A DNA stretch of 64,000 nt from Longimicrobiales bacterium (GTDB lineage Bacteria; Gemmatimonadota; Gemmatimonadetes; Longimicrobiales; Gaopeijiaceae), in the NCBI GenBank assembly GCA_965202985.1, contig CBDBCF010000002.1:672001-736000 (forward strand), read 5' to 3'. Shown here one piece after another: positions 32,004 through 42,197 of the stretch. The notes under the pieces were generated by a model. That model saw nothing but the letters and a program-made list of their open reading frames with translations. It did no database searches and was not told where the DNA came from. Both the position numbers and the translations under genes were made by a program. The number at the start of each line of letters is the position of its first letter. The stretch's first letter is position 1.

Positions 32004-33851
32004 CTACCCTTCCAGCAGTTCCACGGGGGTCATCCGGGTTCGGGTGGCCCCCGTTTCTGGATCCGTAACTTCGAGAAGGACTTGGAAGCGACCGGGGCGC
32101 TCGTTGCGGAGGTCCAGGTCGAAGAAGTGCCGGCCGGTCGGCCCCTCGGACTTCAAGCCGACGCGGACGGCGGCCCGGGGGTCTTCACGGCCCATGCCGT
32201 CCGGGGCGGGCGCCAGACTGACCCGCACGTCGAACTCCTTCTCCTGGGCGGCGGGCGTGTCGGGATCGCGATAGAGTTCGAAGTAGACGCGCAGGAGGTC
32301 TTCCTGCCAGAACCGCGAGGCCGGCAACAGAGGCACGGGTCCGTCGCCCGCAGGGTATTCGGGCCTGGGGGCGATTCCGACGATCACGTCGCTGATCTCG
32401 ACGCCGGCCGGGTCGCGGACAAGCGGTGGTCCGATCTCGAAGTGGGCACTGCCCGGATAGAGGGCGGCCCGCCCGGCGCGCTGGACTTCGTGGCGCGCGG
32501 ACACGGACAGGTGGCGCATCTCGGGGGCATGGCGCAGAACTACCGTGGACATGTGCTCGGCGTCGGCCACCGGCAGCATTCCGGCCCGGATCATTTCGTC
32601 GAACCGTCCGTTGCGCGCGATTGCCGTGTGGCGCGCCGAATACGCTTCCAAGGTCAGGCCGTCGCCGATGGAGTCCGCGTCCGAGGGCGGCGTCCAGCGG
32701 GGAGACGAAACGGCCAGGACGAGGATGCGGGGCTCGTCGCCTTCGAGAATTCGGGCGGCCTGGGCCGAGAGTGCGCTTCGGGGCGCGTTGTCGATCTCGG
32801 ACCACGACGACGGCCGGGGCCGGCGCGCTGCCTGCGCATCGTCCTCAATGTTGCGCTGCGTCATCGCCTCCAGAGTCCCTTCCCTGGGAAGGCGCGACTG
32901 GTTCCACAGCGTGCTGAGCGCGTTGAAGCGCCGCCCGTACGGTCCGCCCATCCGCGCCAAGTCGGCGTAGTAGAAGTACTCCAGGTAGTGGTACGCCCGA
33001 ATGCTCTGGTGCCGGGCCGCGGGCGAGTAGCGGGCGTTCCTGGGAATCACTTCGTGCAGACCCGTCACGGCTCGAAATGGCCCCGTGCCCTCGGTGTTGC
33101 CGAAGAGGAAGTGGGTGAACTCGCCGGGGTGCAGCGTCGCGTAGCGCCACACCTCGTACTGGGGTTGGCGGTCGAAACGCACCATGTACTCTTCGGGCAA
33201 TCCCATGAGTCGCCGCTCGCTGCCGCTGACGCCCAGGTGCCCCCTGAGGGCGCGATCCGGTTCGCCGTACTTGACGAAGAAGGAGCCTCGGTCGTCGGTC
33301 CGGTAGGGCGAGCTGCGATTGTACACGAAGTTGTTGCGGGCGTAGGCAATCCGACGCCAGTGCTCGACCAGCCGCTCGTTCACCATCGTCGTCGGCGTCG
33401 GATCGCGTTCGATCCAGAAGCGCTTGACGGCCAAGGCCAGGGCAGCGGGATCGTCGCGCCCGGCTTCGGCCCAGCGCTCGGCCGTCGCCGAGTCCGCCAG
33501 CGCGAAGGTGCGCGCCCCTTCGGCGAGAACCTCGCGCCGGGCCTCGTCGCCGTACTCCCGGCCCGAGAACCCCCAGTAGAAGACGGAGGCCGCGACCTCT
33601 TCGTACGGCTCCAGCGCGTGAGCGGCAACGGTTTCTACGAAGGCGACGGCGATCCGCGGGTCTTCGGCGCCTGCTGCCGTGAGGCTGTCCCGGACGCTCA
33701 GCCAAAGTCGAAGCGCCTCCTCGGGACGTTCGGCTTCTCGCAGGGCTTGGCCCCGTTCGAACGGCGCCTGGATCCGCTCGTTCGACTGTCCATCATATCC
33801 GCCAGCTCCCGCCGCCAAGACGATCAGCGCCGTCAGTCCGCTAGCGCCCAC
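32004..33851 (-). CDS. GWxTD-domain protein
   Basis: FWIERDPTPTTMVNERLVEHWRRIAYA..F, YRTDDRG..FVKYGEPD, EVWRY. Confidence 0.8.
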   Translation of the reverse strand: MGASGLTALIVLAAGAGGYDGQSNERIQAPFERGQALREAERPEEALRLWLSVRDSLTAAGAEDPRIAVAFVETVAAHALEPYEEVAASVFYWGFSGREYGDEARREVLAEGARTFALADSATAERWAEAGRDDPAALALAVKRFWIERDPTPTTMVNERLVEHWRRIAYARNNFVYNRSSPYRTDDRGSFFVKYGEPDRALRGHLGVSGSERRLMGLPEEYMVRFDRQPQYEVWRYATLHPGEFTHFLFGNTEGTGPFRAVTGLHEVIPRNARYSPAARHQSIRAYHYLEYFYYADLARMGGPYGRRFNALSTLWNQSRLPREGTLEAMTQRNIEDDAQAARRPRPSSWSEIDNAPRSALSAQAARILEGDEPRILVLAVSSPRWTPPSDADSIGDGLTLEAYSARHTAIARNGRFDEMIRAGMLPVADAEHMSTVVLRHAPEMRHLSVSARHEVQRAGRAALYPGSAHFEIGPPLVRDPAGVEISDVIVGIAPRPEYPAGDGPVPLLPASRFWQEDLLRVYFELYRDPDTPAAQEKEFDVRVSLAPAPDGMGREDPRAAVRVGLKSEGPTGRHFFDLDLRNERPGRFQVLLEVTDPETGATRTRMTPVELLEG

Positions 33852-33854
33852 GGG

Positions 33855-34583
33855 TCAGAAGACGATCAGGCCGGTGGACAGCTCCATGCGAAGGTCCACG
33901 TACCACCGGCCGCCGACCCGTTCCGCGCCGCCGCTGTAACGGGCCACGCCAGCTGTGGCCGCCAGCGTCGACACGAAGCGGCCGGACCGAAGCTCGCCGC
34001 CCAGTCCACCGTGAATCGCCGCGTGAAGGCCAGGGTCGCGATAGATCTCCGTGATCGCGCGACACACGACGGCACGGTCGTCAAGGCCCCCCGGACACGT
34101 CGCTTCGGCGAACAAGTAGCGCCGCACGCCGACGCCGCCGACGATCACGGGCCGTATCCGTTGTCCCGGTTGGCCGCGCAAGACGCGCAAGCTGGAATAG
34201 AAGCCTCGGACCGACGTCTCGACATCCCGCGTCTCGCAAAGTATGCCCGTGACCAGAGCGCAAGCCGCAATTTGTCCCGAGGCCTGCGCGCCGATCGTCG
34301 TTTCCCAGCCAGCTTCGACGGAGATGCCTTGCGCCGGAAAGCGCACGTCGATCCCAGCGGCGACCACGGGCGAGGGGCCGAGTTCGGCAACGGTCTCCAG
34401 TACCCCGCTGGCCACGTCGGTGGCCGCGTTCTTGGCGAATCGCCCGGAGGGGTACTGATACCCCCCCTTGACCCAAACGGCCGCCTCCCAGCCGCGTTCC
34501 GGCAGCGGCTGCTGGGCAACGCCAGGCGCAACGGCCAGCAGCCACGCCACTGCGGCGAGAGGGCCTGCGAGGGCGCTCCTCAC
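33855..34583 (-). CDS. Putative outer-membrane beta-barrel protein
   Basis: Signal peptide (VAQ); alternating beta strands; C-terminal Phe; GTGA overlap with the symporter stop. Confidence 0.6.
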   Translation of the reverse strand: MRSALAGPLAAVAWLLAVAPGVAQQPLPERGWEAAVWVKGGYQYPSGRFAKNAATDVASGVLETVAELGPSPVVAAGIDVRFPAQGISVEAGWETTIGAQASGQIAACALVTGILCETRDVETSVRGFYSSLRVLRGQPGQRIRPVIVGGVGVRRYLFAEATCPGGLDDRAVVCRAITEIYRDPGLHAAIHGGLGGELRSGRFVSTLAATAGVARYSGGAERVGGRWYVDLRMELSTGLIVF

Positions 34584-36304
34584 CCTTGCCACGGCTTCCG
34601 TTCGAAGTAGTCGCGGGTCATCTCCACGACCTTGGGGGCCAAGAGGGCCAGGGCGATCAGGTTGGGCCAGATCACGACGGCCAGGAGCGCGTCGCCCAGG
34701 CTCCACACCACGCTGAGGGACGCCACGGCGCCCACGAAGTGCATGAGGACGAAGACGACTTTGTAGGGCACGATCGCCTTGGCGCCGAAGAGGTAGTTGG
34801 CGCAGCGGTCGCCGTAGTAGCTCCACGAGATCGCGGTGGAGATGGCGAAGAGGAGCACCGAGAGGATGACGATGTAGTGGCCCCAGTCGCCCAGGGGAGA
34901 CAGGCCCCGGCGGAAGGCGGCCATCGTCATGGGGGCGCCGCTCTCGACCGCCATGCCGTAGAGGGAGGTGTGGACGCTTCCGTCGTCGCCCCGGGCTTCG
35001 CCGGCCTCGGGGTCCACCACGCCGGTGAAGGGCCGGATCTGGGCTTCGTCCACGAAGAGCCGATCCACGGGGACCTCGTGCCACGAGACGCGGGGGTCGG
35101 TGGGGCCGGTGGCGATGTGGACGCCGTCTTCGATGCGGATGTCGGCGGACGAGGTGATGTTCAGGTAGCTGCCGTCCACCTGCACGGAGCGGTAGGACAG
35201 GTCGCCGCCCGCCAGGGTGATCTCGGTCTCGAAGCGGTCGTTCCACGCGCCGGTCATGATGACCAGCAGGCCGGTCATGGTGCAGATCACCAGCGTGTCG
35301 ATGAAGGGCTCGAGCAGGGCGACGACGCCTTCGGAGACGGGCTCGTCGGTCTTGGCCGCCGAGTGGGCGATCGGCGCCGAGCCCTGCCCCGCCTCGTTCG
35401 AGAAGAGCCCGCGGCGCACGCCCCACATGAGCGTGACCAGGAAGGCGCCGACGCCGGTGCCCGCCACGCCGGCGCTCGGGTTGAAGGCTTCGCGGAAGAT
35501 GACGCCGAAGGTGGGAAGGATGTCGCCGGCGTTGAAGATCAGGACGATCAGGGCGCCCACCACGTACACGGTCGCCATGAGCGGCGCGAGGATCGAGGTG
35601 ACTCGGCCGATTCGCGTGATTCCGCCCAGGATCACCGCCGCCACGATCCCCGCCGTGAGCAGGCCGCTGACCCACTTCGGCACGCCGAACTCGGACGACA
35701 GGCTGTCGGCCACGGTGTTGGCCTGGACGCTGTTGCCGGTGAGGAACGCCGTCAGACCCAGCAGCACGGCGAAGAGCACGGCCATCCAGCGCCAGCGCGG
35801 CCCCAGTCCCCGCTCGATGTAGTACATGGGGCCGCCGGACACGGTGCCCGCCCGCAGTCCCTCTTGCTCGATGACCCGGTACTTCTGGGCCAGCGTCACC
35901 TCCGAGTACTTGGTGGCCATGCCCAGGAACGCGGTCACCCACATCCAGAAGAGGGCGCCGGGGCCGCCCCAGTGGATCGCCAGCGCCACGCCGGCGATGT
36001 TCCCGATCCCGACGGTGGCCGAAAGGGCCGTGGTCAGCGCCTGGAAGTGGGTTACGTCCCCTTCGTCCTCGGGGTCGTCGTACCTGCCGGTGGCGACGGC
36101 GGCGCCGTGGCCCAAGCGCTTCACCTGCACGAAGCCCAGGCGCAGGGTCAGGTAGGTGCCGATCCCCAAGAGGATGATCACCATGAACGGGATGTTCTCG
36201 CCGCCGACCGAGATGCCGCGCTCGACGATGTGTCGGGTCAGGAAGTCCGACAGGAAGGTCGCGATGCCGGCAAGGAAGTCGGCGATGGGAGCGAGAAGGT
36301 CCAT
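34580..36304 (-). CDS. Alanine/glycine:cation symporter (AGCS family)
   Basis: FQALTTALSATVGIGNIAGVA, GGPGALFWMW, GGPMYYI, RGLFSNEAGQGSAPIAH, FIDTLVICTMT. Confidence 0.94.
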   Translation of the reverse strand: MDLLAPIADFLAGIATFLSDFLTRHIVERGISVGGENIPFMVIILLGIGTYLTLRLGFVQVKRLGHGAAVATGRYDDPEDEGDVTHFQALTTALSATVGIGNIAGVALAIHWGGPGALFWMWVTAFLGMATKYSEVTLAQKYRVIEQEGLRAGTVSGGPMYYIERGLGPRWRWMAVLFAVLLGLTAFLTGNSVQANTVADSLSSEFGVPKWVSGLLTAGIVAAVILGGITRIGRVTSILAPLMATVYVVGALIVLIFNAGDILPTFGVIFREAFNPSAGVAGTGVGAFLVTLMWGVRRGLFSNEAGQGSAPIAHSAAKTDEPVSEGVVALLEPFIDTLVICTMTGLLVIMTGAWNDRFETEITLAGGDLSYRSVQVDGSYLNITSSADIRIEDGVHIATGPTDPRVSWHEVPVDRLFVDEAQIRPFTGVVDPEAGEARGDDGSVHTSLYGMAVESGAPMTMAAFRRGLSPLGDWGHYIVILSVLLFAISTAISWSYYGDRCANYLFGAKAIVPYKVVFVLMHFVGAVASLSVVWSLGDALLAVVIWPNLIALALLAPKVVEMTRDYFERKPWQG

Positions 36305-36519
36305 GGCGATTGGGCTTCTTTTTGGGGGCGGGCGCTAGGGGAAGGCTGCGCGACGAGGCGCAGGTGCACTTCCGGGCAACGGTGAAGCTACTGCCGGTCC
36401 CTTGATGGAAACAAGCCGCCCGGTACGACGAGGCCTAGGCTGGGCTAGGCGCTTGGCCACTTGTCGAACCCCGAGCCGGTGGAGACCTTCCCCGAACCCC
36501 GACCGAACGAGCGCCTGCC

Positions 36520-39500
36520 ATGTTTCCTTCCGTCCGTCGTCCCACCCTGCGAACCGCTTTGCTGTCGGCCGCGATTCCGTTCACTGCCTGGGCTTGGCCC
36601 GCCTTGCCGGTTCCGCCCGCGCGTTTGGCCGCCCAGGAGCCGGAGCCCGCCGACTACGCGGCCCTGCGGTACCGCTTCATCGGCCCCGAGGGGAACCGGG
36701 CGATCGCGGTGGTCGGCGAGCCGGGCAATCCGCTCTCGATCTACGTGGGGGCGGCGTCGGGAGGGCTGTGGCGCACGCGCGACGGCGGCGTCAACTGGTC
36801 GCCCGTCTTTGACGACCAGTCGGCGTCGTCGGTGTCCGCGCTGGCGATGGCGCCTTCGGACCCCAACGTGATCTGGGCGGGCACGGGGGAGACGTTCGTG
36901 ATCCGGCCCGCACACGCCATGGGCGACGGCATCTACCGGTCCACCGACGGCGGCGACACGTGGGAGAAGAAGGGGCTGGACGCGACCGGGCGGATCGGGC
37001 GGATCGAGATCGACCCGCGGGACTCGGACGTTGTCTTCGCCTGCGCGCTGGGCCACGCCTACGGACCGCAGCCCGAGCGGGGCGTCTACCGCACCACCGA
37101 CGGCGGCGACCATTGGGAGCTGGTGCTTCACGTGTCCGAGGACGCCGGCTGCATCGACCTGGCCATGGACCACCGCAACCCGCGGGTCCTGTTCGCGTCG
37201 TTCTGGGACGTGCAGATCGACACGTGGGAACTGGACAGCGGCGGGCCGGACAGCGGCGTTTGGCGATCCACCGACGGAGGCGAGACGTGGGAGCGGCTGT
37301 CGCGCGGGGGACGCGGGTTGCCGAGCCCGGACAGCGCCATGATCGGCAAGGTGGCCGTGGAGGTGGCGCCCTCCAACTCGGACCGCGTGTACGTGCTGAC
37401 CGAGGAGTCGAGCCCCGGCTTCTACCGCTCCGACGACGGCGGCGACAGCTGGGAGCTGGTCCTGCGCAACCACACCATCAACGAGCGCGCGCCCTACTAC
37501 ACGCGGTTCGCCGTGGACCCGGCGGACGCGGACCGAGTCTACTTCGCGTCGGTGCGGTTCTCGATGTCGGTGGACGGGGGGCGCAGCTTGGTGGACGATC
37601 CGCCCCGGGGCGGCGGCGACACGCACGACGTGTGGATCGACCCGACGGACAACGCCCGCGTCATGGTGGCCGACGACGGCGGGCTGACGATCTCGCGGAA
37701 CCGGGGCCGCACCTTCCAGCGCGTGGTCCTGCCGATCGCGCAGATGTACCACGTGTGGGTGGACGACGAAGTGCCGTACAACGTCTACGGCAACCGCCAG
37801 GACGGGTGGTCGTACCGGGGGCCGTCGAACAGCCGCACCGGCGCCATACCGCTGGGGCTGTGGCACGGCGTGGGCGGGTGCGAGAGCGGTTTCGGCATCC
37901 CCGACCCCGAGGACAGCGACATCGTGTGGTCCGGATGCTACGACGGCGGGCTGGAGCGCTACAACCACCGCACCAAGCAGGTGCGTTCGGTGCGCGTGTG
38001 GCCCGAGGCGGCCTACGGCTGGGCGCCGGCGGAGCTGAAGTTCCGCTGGCACTGGACCTTCCCGATCCACATTTCGCCGCACGATCACAACACGGTCTAC
38101 GTGGGCAGCCAGCATGTCCACCGCACCACCGACGGCGGGCACTCGTGGGACGTGATCTCGCCCGATCTGACCACCAACGACAAGAGCCGCCAGCAGAGTT
38201 CGGGGGGCGTGGCGATCGACAACCTGATGACCTTCGACGGCTCCACGCTGTACGCCGTGGCCGAGTCGCCCGTGGCGCCGGGGCTGATCTGGGCGGGCAG
38301 CAACGACGGCCAGGTGCACCTGACTCGGGACGGCGGCGCGGCGTGGACGAACGTGACCGACAACGTGCCGGAGCTGCCGCCGTGGGGCACGGTGGCCAAC
38401 ATCGAGCCGTCCAGGTGGGACGCCGGGGCCGCGTACATGGCCGTGGACCTGCACCAGCTGGCGGACTTCGGGCCGTACATCTACCGCACCAAGGACTACG
38501 GTCAGCGCTGGGAGCCGATCGTGGCGGGCATTCCGCCGTCGCCCCACAGCTTCGTCCACGTGGTGCGCGAGGACCACGAGCGGCCCGGCATGCTGTACGC
38601 GGGCACCGACAACTCCGTGTACTTCTCGCTGGACGACGGCGACTCGTGGGCGGCGCTGCGCAACAACATGCCGCCGGCGCCCGTGTACTGGCTCACGACG
38701 CAGGAAGTGTTCGACGACTTGGTGGTGGGAACCTACGGACGGGGCTTCTACGTGCTGGACGACGTGTCGCCGCTGCGGTCGCTGGACCGCGCGAAGGCGG
38801 CGGGCGAGGTCGCGCTGTTCCCCGCCCGCAAGGCGTGGCGCTTCAACCCGATCCAGGGGATCAAGGCCGAGCGGAGCCACGTGACCGGGCGCAACCCGCC
38901 CTACGGCGCGGACATCAACTTCTGGGCGCCGACCGGGGCCGACGAAGCGACTGTGCGCATCTTGTCGCAGGCGGGAGACACGGTGCGGACGCTTTCGGTC
39001 GCGGTTCGGCCGGGGATCAACCGCCTTTGGTGGGACCTGCGCTACGAACCCACGCGGCGGGCCAAGCTGCGGACTGCGCCGCCGGGGCTGCCGTGGGTGC
39101 CCTTGGGACCCGAAGGCTGGCGGCCGTTGCGGACGTGGGACCTGGACCTGGACCAAGGTCAGCGGGGGCCTCGGGTGGTGCCGGGCACCTACCAGGTCGT
39201 GCTCGAGTTGCGGGACGCGGACGCCGGCGGGGGCGACGAGGGAGCCGCGGCCACGAGGCTGTCCACGCCGTTGGAGGTGGTGAAGGACCCCTACTCGGAG
39301 GGCAGCCTGGACGACATTCGGGTGCAGGTGGCGATGTCGCTGCAGATCCGGGACGAGATCAACCAGGTCGTGGACATGATCAACCAGATCGAGTGGACGC
39401 GGAGCCAGTTGGAGGACTTGGCCGAGATGATCGCCGGCGACACGACGGCAACGGATCTGTTGGCCGAGGCCCGGGCTTTGGAGGCGGCGGCGGTGCGGGT

Positions 39501-39777
39501 CGAGTCGATGCTGTTCGACATCTACTTGACGGGCGCTCGCGAGGACGCCTTCCGCAATCCGATGAAGCTCTACGGGCGCCTGAGCGCCCTGGCCCAGGAC
39601 ATCGGCTGGAGCAGCGCCGACTTCCCGCCCACCGTGCCCCAGCGCGAAGTGCACGACGTGCTGCGCCGGCGGCTCGCGGACACCCGCGTCCTCTTCGACA
39701 AGCTGTTCGGCGACGATGCCGAGGCGCTGAACCGGATGCTTCGAGAACGCCGGCTGCCGGTTCTCGTGTCGGACTGA
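36520..39777 (+). CDS. Second secreted VPS10/BNR-repeat protein
   Basis: Signal peptide; YRFIGPEGNR; Asp-boxes; VGGCESG; GTYGRGFY. Same architecture as 20089..23247. Confidence 0.88.
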   Translation: MFPSVRRPTLRTALLSAAIPFTAWAWPALPVPPARLAAQEPEPADYAALRYRFIGPEGNRAIAVVGEPGNPLSIYVGAASGGLWRTRDGGVNWSPVFDDQSASSVSALAMAPSDPNVIWAGTGETFVIRPAHAMGDGIYRSTDGGDTWEKKGLDATGRIGRIEIDPRDSDVVFACALGHAYGPQPERGVYRTTDGGDHWELVLHVSEDAGCIDLAMDHRNPRVLFASFWDVQIDTWELDSGGPDSGVWRSTDGGETWERLSRGGRGLPSPDSAMIGKVAVEVAPSNSDRVYVLTEESSPGFYRSDDGGDSWELVLRNHTINERAPYYTRFAVDPADADRVYFASVRFSMSVDGGRSLVDDPPRGGGDTHDVWIDPTDNARVMVADDGGLTISRNRGRTFQRVVLPIAQMYHVWVDDEVPYNVYGNRQDGWSYRGPSNSRTGAIPLGLWHGVGGCESGFGIPDPEDSDIVWSGCYDGGLERYNHRTKQVRSVRVWPEAAYGWAPAELKFRWHWTFPIHISPHDHNTVYVGSQHVHRTTDGGHSWDVISPDLTTNDKSRQQSSGGVAIDNLMTFDGSTLYAVAESPVAPGLIWAGSNDGQVHLTRDGGAAWTNVTDNVPELPPWGTVANIEPSRWDAGAAYMAVDLHQLADFGPYIYRTKDYGQRWEPIVAGIPPSPHSFVHVVREDHERPGMLYAGTDNSVYFSLDDGDSWAALRNNMPPAPVYWLTTQEVFDDLVVGTYGRGFYVLDDVSPLRSLDRAKAAGEVALFPARKAWRFNPIQGIKAERSHVTGRNPPYGADINFWAPTGADEATVRILSQAGDTVRTLSVAVRPGINRLWWDLRYEPTRRAKLRTAPPGLPWVPLGPEGWRPLRTWDLDLDQGQRGPRVVPGTYQVVLELRDADAGGGDEGAAATRLSTPLEVVKDPYSEGSLDDIRVQVAMSLQIRDEINQVVDMINQIEWTRSQLEDLAEMIAGDTTATDLLAEARALEAAAVRVESMLFDIYLTGAREDAFRNPMKLYGRLSALAQDIGWSSADFPPTVPQREVHDVLRRRLADTRVLFDKLFGDDAEALNRMLRERRLPVLVSD

Positions 39778-39967
39778 AGCGCGGGCGGCGCCGCCTGAAC
39801 TCGGACCCCGCCTAGTGACGAAGCACTGGCGAACGACCGCTTCTATTCTAGGACGCGTACCGACCACTATTGCGGACTTTAGCGCCGGCGATCCTCTCTG
39901 CGACATTCTTCGCAAGTCCTTTTCTGGAACAGATTTACGCTGGTGTCTACCCCTCTCGAAAAATTCT

Positions 39968-39983
39968 TGGCACGCATCTTGAA
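39968..39983 (+). promoter_or_regulatory. Putative sigma54 promoter TGGCACG-CATC-TTGAA
   Basis: Perfect -24 box and TTG at -12 with correct spacing, about 70 bp upstream of ATG 40051. Confidence 0.6.
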
Positions 39984-40050
39984 CAGTGACGGGCGACCGT
40001 AGCCGAACTCGCGGTGCTCGGTCAACCAAACCCCAGAACGGAGTGGGAAG

Positions 40051-40459
40051 ATGAACAGCTGGATCAGAACAACCGTAGCCGCAGTCGTGGCCCTGGTGAT
40101 GCTCGCGCCTGCGAGCACCATCGGTGCGACAGAGCTGGCGGACGCAGAGCTGACACCGGTGACGGCGCTCTCGGTGGCACCGAACGGTGCTACGTATCTG
40201 CCGGAGATCACGTTCGTGCGGATGCCCGAGACGTCCTGCACCCTCTCGTTCTCGTCGCGACCCGCGACGGCAGCCAACGAGAACGCACCCTGTTCGGAAG
40301 ACACCAAAGGAGGAGGCTCGGAAGAAAATCCGGGAACGCTGTGGTGCCGCGGGTGGGTCGGCGCTCCTCTGGTGCGACGAGAACGGAAGTACGGACTGGG
40401 ACGACGTCTGGATGAACTGCGGAGAGGCGCCGGAGATCGTCGTGCAGGGCCCTTCATGA
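40051..40459 (+). pseudogene. Secreted Cys-containing small protein (about 135 aa) with a probable +1 frameshift at AAA 40306-40308
   Basis: Signal peptide. Removing one A gives ...APCSEDTKEEARKKIRERCGAAGGSALLWCDENGSTDWDDVWMNCGEAPEIVVQGPS*, ending in an ATGA overlap with the next gene. Confidence 0.55.
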
Positions 40460-40881
40460 TCGCCCGCACTGGCAACCCCGTGCGCCTGGCTTTGGCGACC
40501 GTGCTCTTGGCGCTGTTGTGCGGCGCACCGAGTCCGGTCGCGGCGCAAGACGCGTCCGCCCCCGACCCCGGCTTCGGCTACTCGGGTTTGGCGTGGAGAT
40601 TTCCCCCGCCTTCCCTCGGCGACGCGTACCCGGAGGTCGTCTTGGTTCGCTCTTGCTCGCCTGCGGCCTTGGCCGGCATTAAGGTGGGAGACAAGCTGGT
40701 GGCTGTGGATGGCCAAGACGCGAAAGACGCACCCGTTTTTAGCGACTCGAAGCCGGGCACGGTCCACCGGGTCGCGCTCCGACGAGGGGACGAGGTGCTG
40801 GAAATCACGTTCCAGGCGGCGACGCGACCCAAGAAGATGCCCTCTGCGGAGGAGTGCCGTGCGAAGAAGGACGCGGGCTGA
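40456..40881 (+). CDS. Secreted single-PDZ-domain protein
   Basis: Own signal peptide (VAAQ); GYSGL, SPAALAGIKVGDKLVAVDG, VALRRGDE. Confidence 0.8.
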   Translation: MIARTGNPVRLALATVLLALLCGAPSPVAAQDASAPDPGFGYSGLAWRFPPPSLGDAYPEVVLVRSCSPAALAGIKVGDKLVAVDGQDAKDAPVFSDSKPGTVHRVALRRGDEVLEITFQAATRPKKMPSAEECRAKKDAG

Positions 40882-40909
40882 CGGCGGCAGACGCAAGATC
40901 GCGAGAAGC

Positions 40910-42085
40910 GTGGTCGCGGACGGCGCTCTTGGGGCGGTGTTCGCGACCACGCTTCTTGCGGGCTGCGGTTCGCGCGAAGCAAGCCAGACCGGGCGCGCCC
41001 AGGTCGACACGTTGGAAGACGGTCGCGTGCTGGTGTCCAACACTGATGTCGCATCGGAGGACGGCGCCTTTCGGATCTTGGTCGCGTCCGAGATCGGCGC
41101 TCGCACTGGCGACGGGCCCGAGGCCTTTGCGGACGTTTCGTCCCTCGCGGCGGACCAATCCGGAAGGTTGTACGTGGTCGACTCGGGAGCCAACGAGATT
41201 CGAGTGTTCGACTCCGGCAACGGATATGTTGCACGCTTTGGGCGGCAAGGCCGCGGACCGGGGGAACTCTTGTGGTCTGGAGTCAGGGTATCTCTGTCGA
41301 CCCGGAATCTGCTTTGGATCGTCGATCCGCCATGGCTGAGAATGGTCGACTCGCTCGGCAGACCTCTTGGAAGGGCCTTTCAGGGGATCGACTTCAGCGC
41401 GGGCAGGGGCAACAACGCCGATACGGTCGGCTTCGCGTACGCAGCTCGAACGTTCCCCGACGGCGGACCGCCCGATCTTACTCCCGACTACATCGTGAAG
41501 TACGGCAGGTCCGAAAGCGGAAACGCCGTGGCCGTGGACAGCCTTTCGCTGCCGCAACTCGACTTCGAGTTCAGGGTTGCAAGGGCTGAAGGAGGAATTG
41601 CGGAGATCGAATTCCTGCCGATGCAACCAGAGATCGTGTGGGCAGTCGCTCCAGGCGGCACGATTTGGATCGCCAACACGTCCGAGTATCTGCTTCACGA
41701 GTTGGCCATGGGAGGGGACACGCTTCGGACGGTGGCGCTGGAGCGCGATCCTCGGCCCTTCGAAGGGCGGCATCGGGACAGCTTGGCCGAGCTGACCGGG
41801 TTCCCGGCGGACCAGCTACCTGCCGATCTGCCGTTCATGGACCGAATCGACGTGGCGCCCGGCGGATACCTGTGGGTGCGCCAACCCAGGACGCCCCAGC
41901 CACAGGCATGGGACATCTTCGACGATCGCGGGCACTACCTGGGACCCGCTTTCTCCGAAGTGCCGCTGGACGACTACCCGTTGCGCGTCACGGGACCGCG
42001 TACCGCTGTCGGCGTCAGAAGAGACGCGTTCGGGGTGGAGTACGTCGTTCGACTGGAACTGCGGCCCCCGGACGATGAGCATTAG
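40910..42085 (+). CDS. 6-bladed beta-propeller lipoprotein
   Basis: Lipobox LLAGC; GRLYVVDSG, FGRQGRGPGEL, GYLWVR, WDIFDDRGHYLG, RRDAFGVEYVVRL. Confidence 0.85.
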   Translation: MVADGALGAVFATTLLAGCGSREASQTGRAQVDTLEDGRVLVSNTDVASEDGAFRILVASEIGARTGDGPEAFADVSSLAADQSGRLYVVDSGANEIRVFDSGNGYVARFGRQGRGPGELLWSGVRVSLSTRNLLWIVDPPWLRMVDSLGRPLGRAFQGIDFSAGRGNNADTVGFAYAARTFPDGGPPDLTPDYIVKYGRSESGNAVAVDSLSLPQLDFEFRVARAEGGIAEIEFLPMQPEIVWAVAPGGTIWIANTSEYLLHELAMGGDTLRTVALERDPRPFEGRHRDSLAELTGFPADQLPADLPFMDRIDVAPGGYLWVRQPRTPQPQAWDIFDDRGHYLGPAFSEVPLDDYPLRVTGPRTAVGVRRDAFGVEYVVRLELRPPDDEH

Positions 42086-42197
42086 CGTACCGTAGCCCAC
42101 GCACAGCGGACCAGCGGGTCGATTCAGTACGACCGCCACCGGCAGTGGCCCTCGTCGTTGCCGCAGCGCCCTGGACCGTTCGAGCCGAGGGTCGTCG

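Noticed and set aside
36305..36519. Glycine riboswitch upstream of the Ala/Gly symporter
   Set aside because: No recognisable aptamer consensus on the minus strand by eye; an Infernal/Rfam scan would settle it.
40051..40881. Single 276-aa PDZ fusion protein as in the ORF track
   Set aside because: An internal signal peptide and the ATGA junction at 40456-40459 favour two genes plus a frameshift; not formally excluded.
36445..41220. Very long antisense or alternate-frame ORFs (e.g. 36445..41220, 19667..23968, 48939..52631, 12091..14928)
   Set aside because: Arg/Gly/Pro-rich shadow frames expected in high-GC DNA; they overlap well-supported genes and lack motifs, apart from the terminal segments annotated separately.
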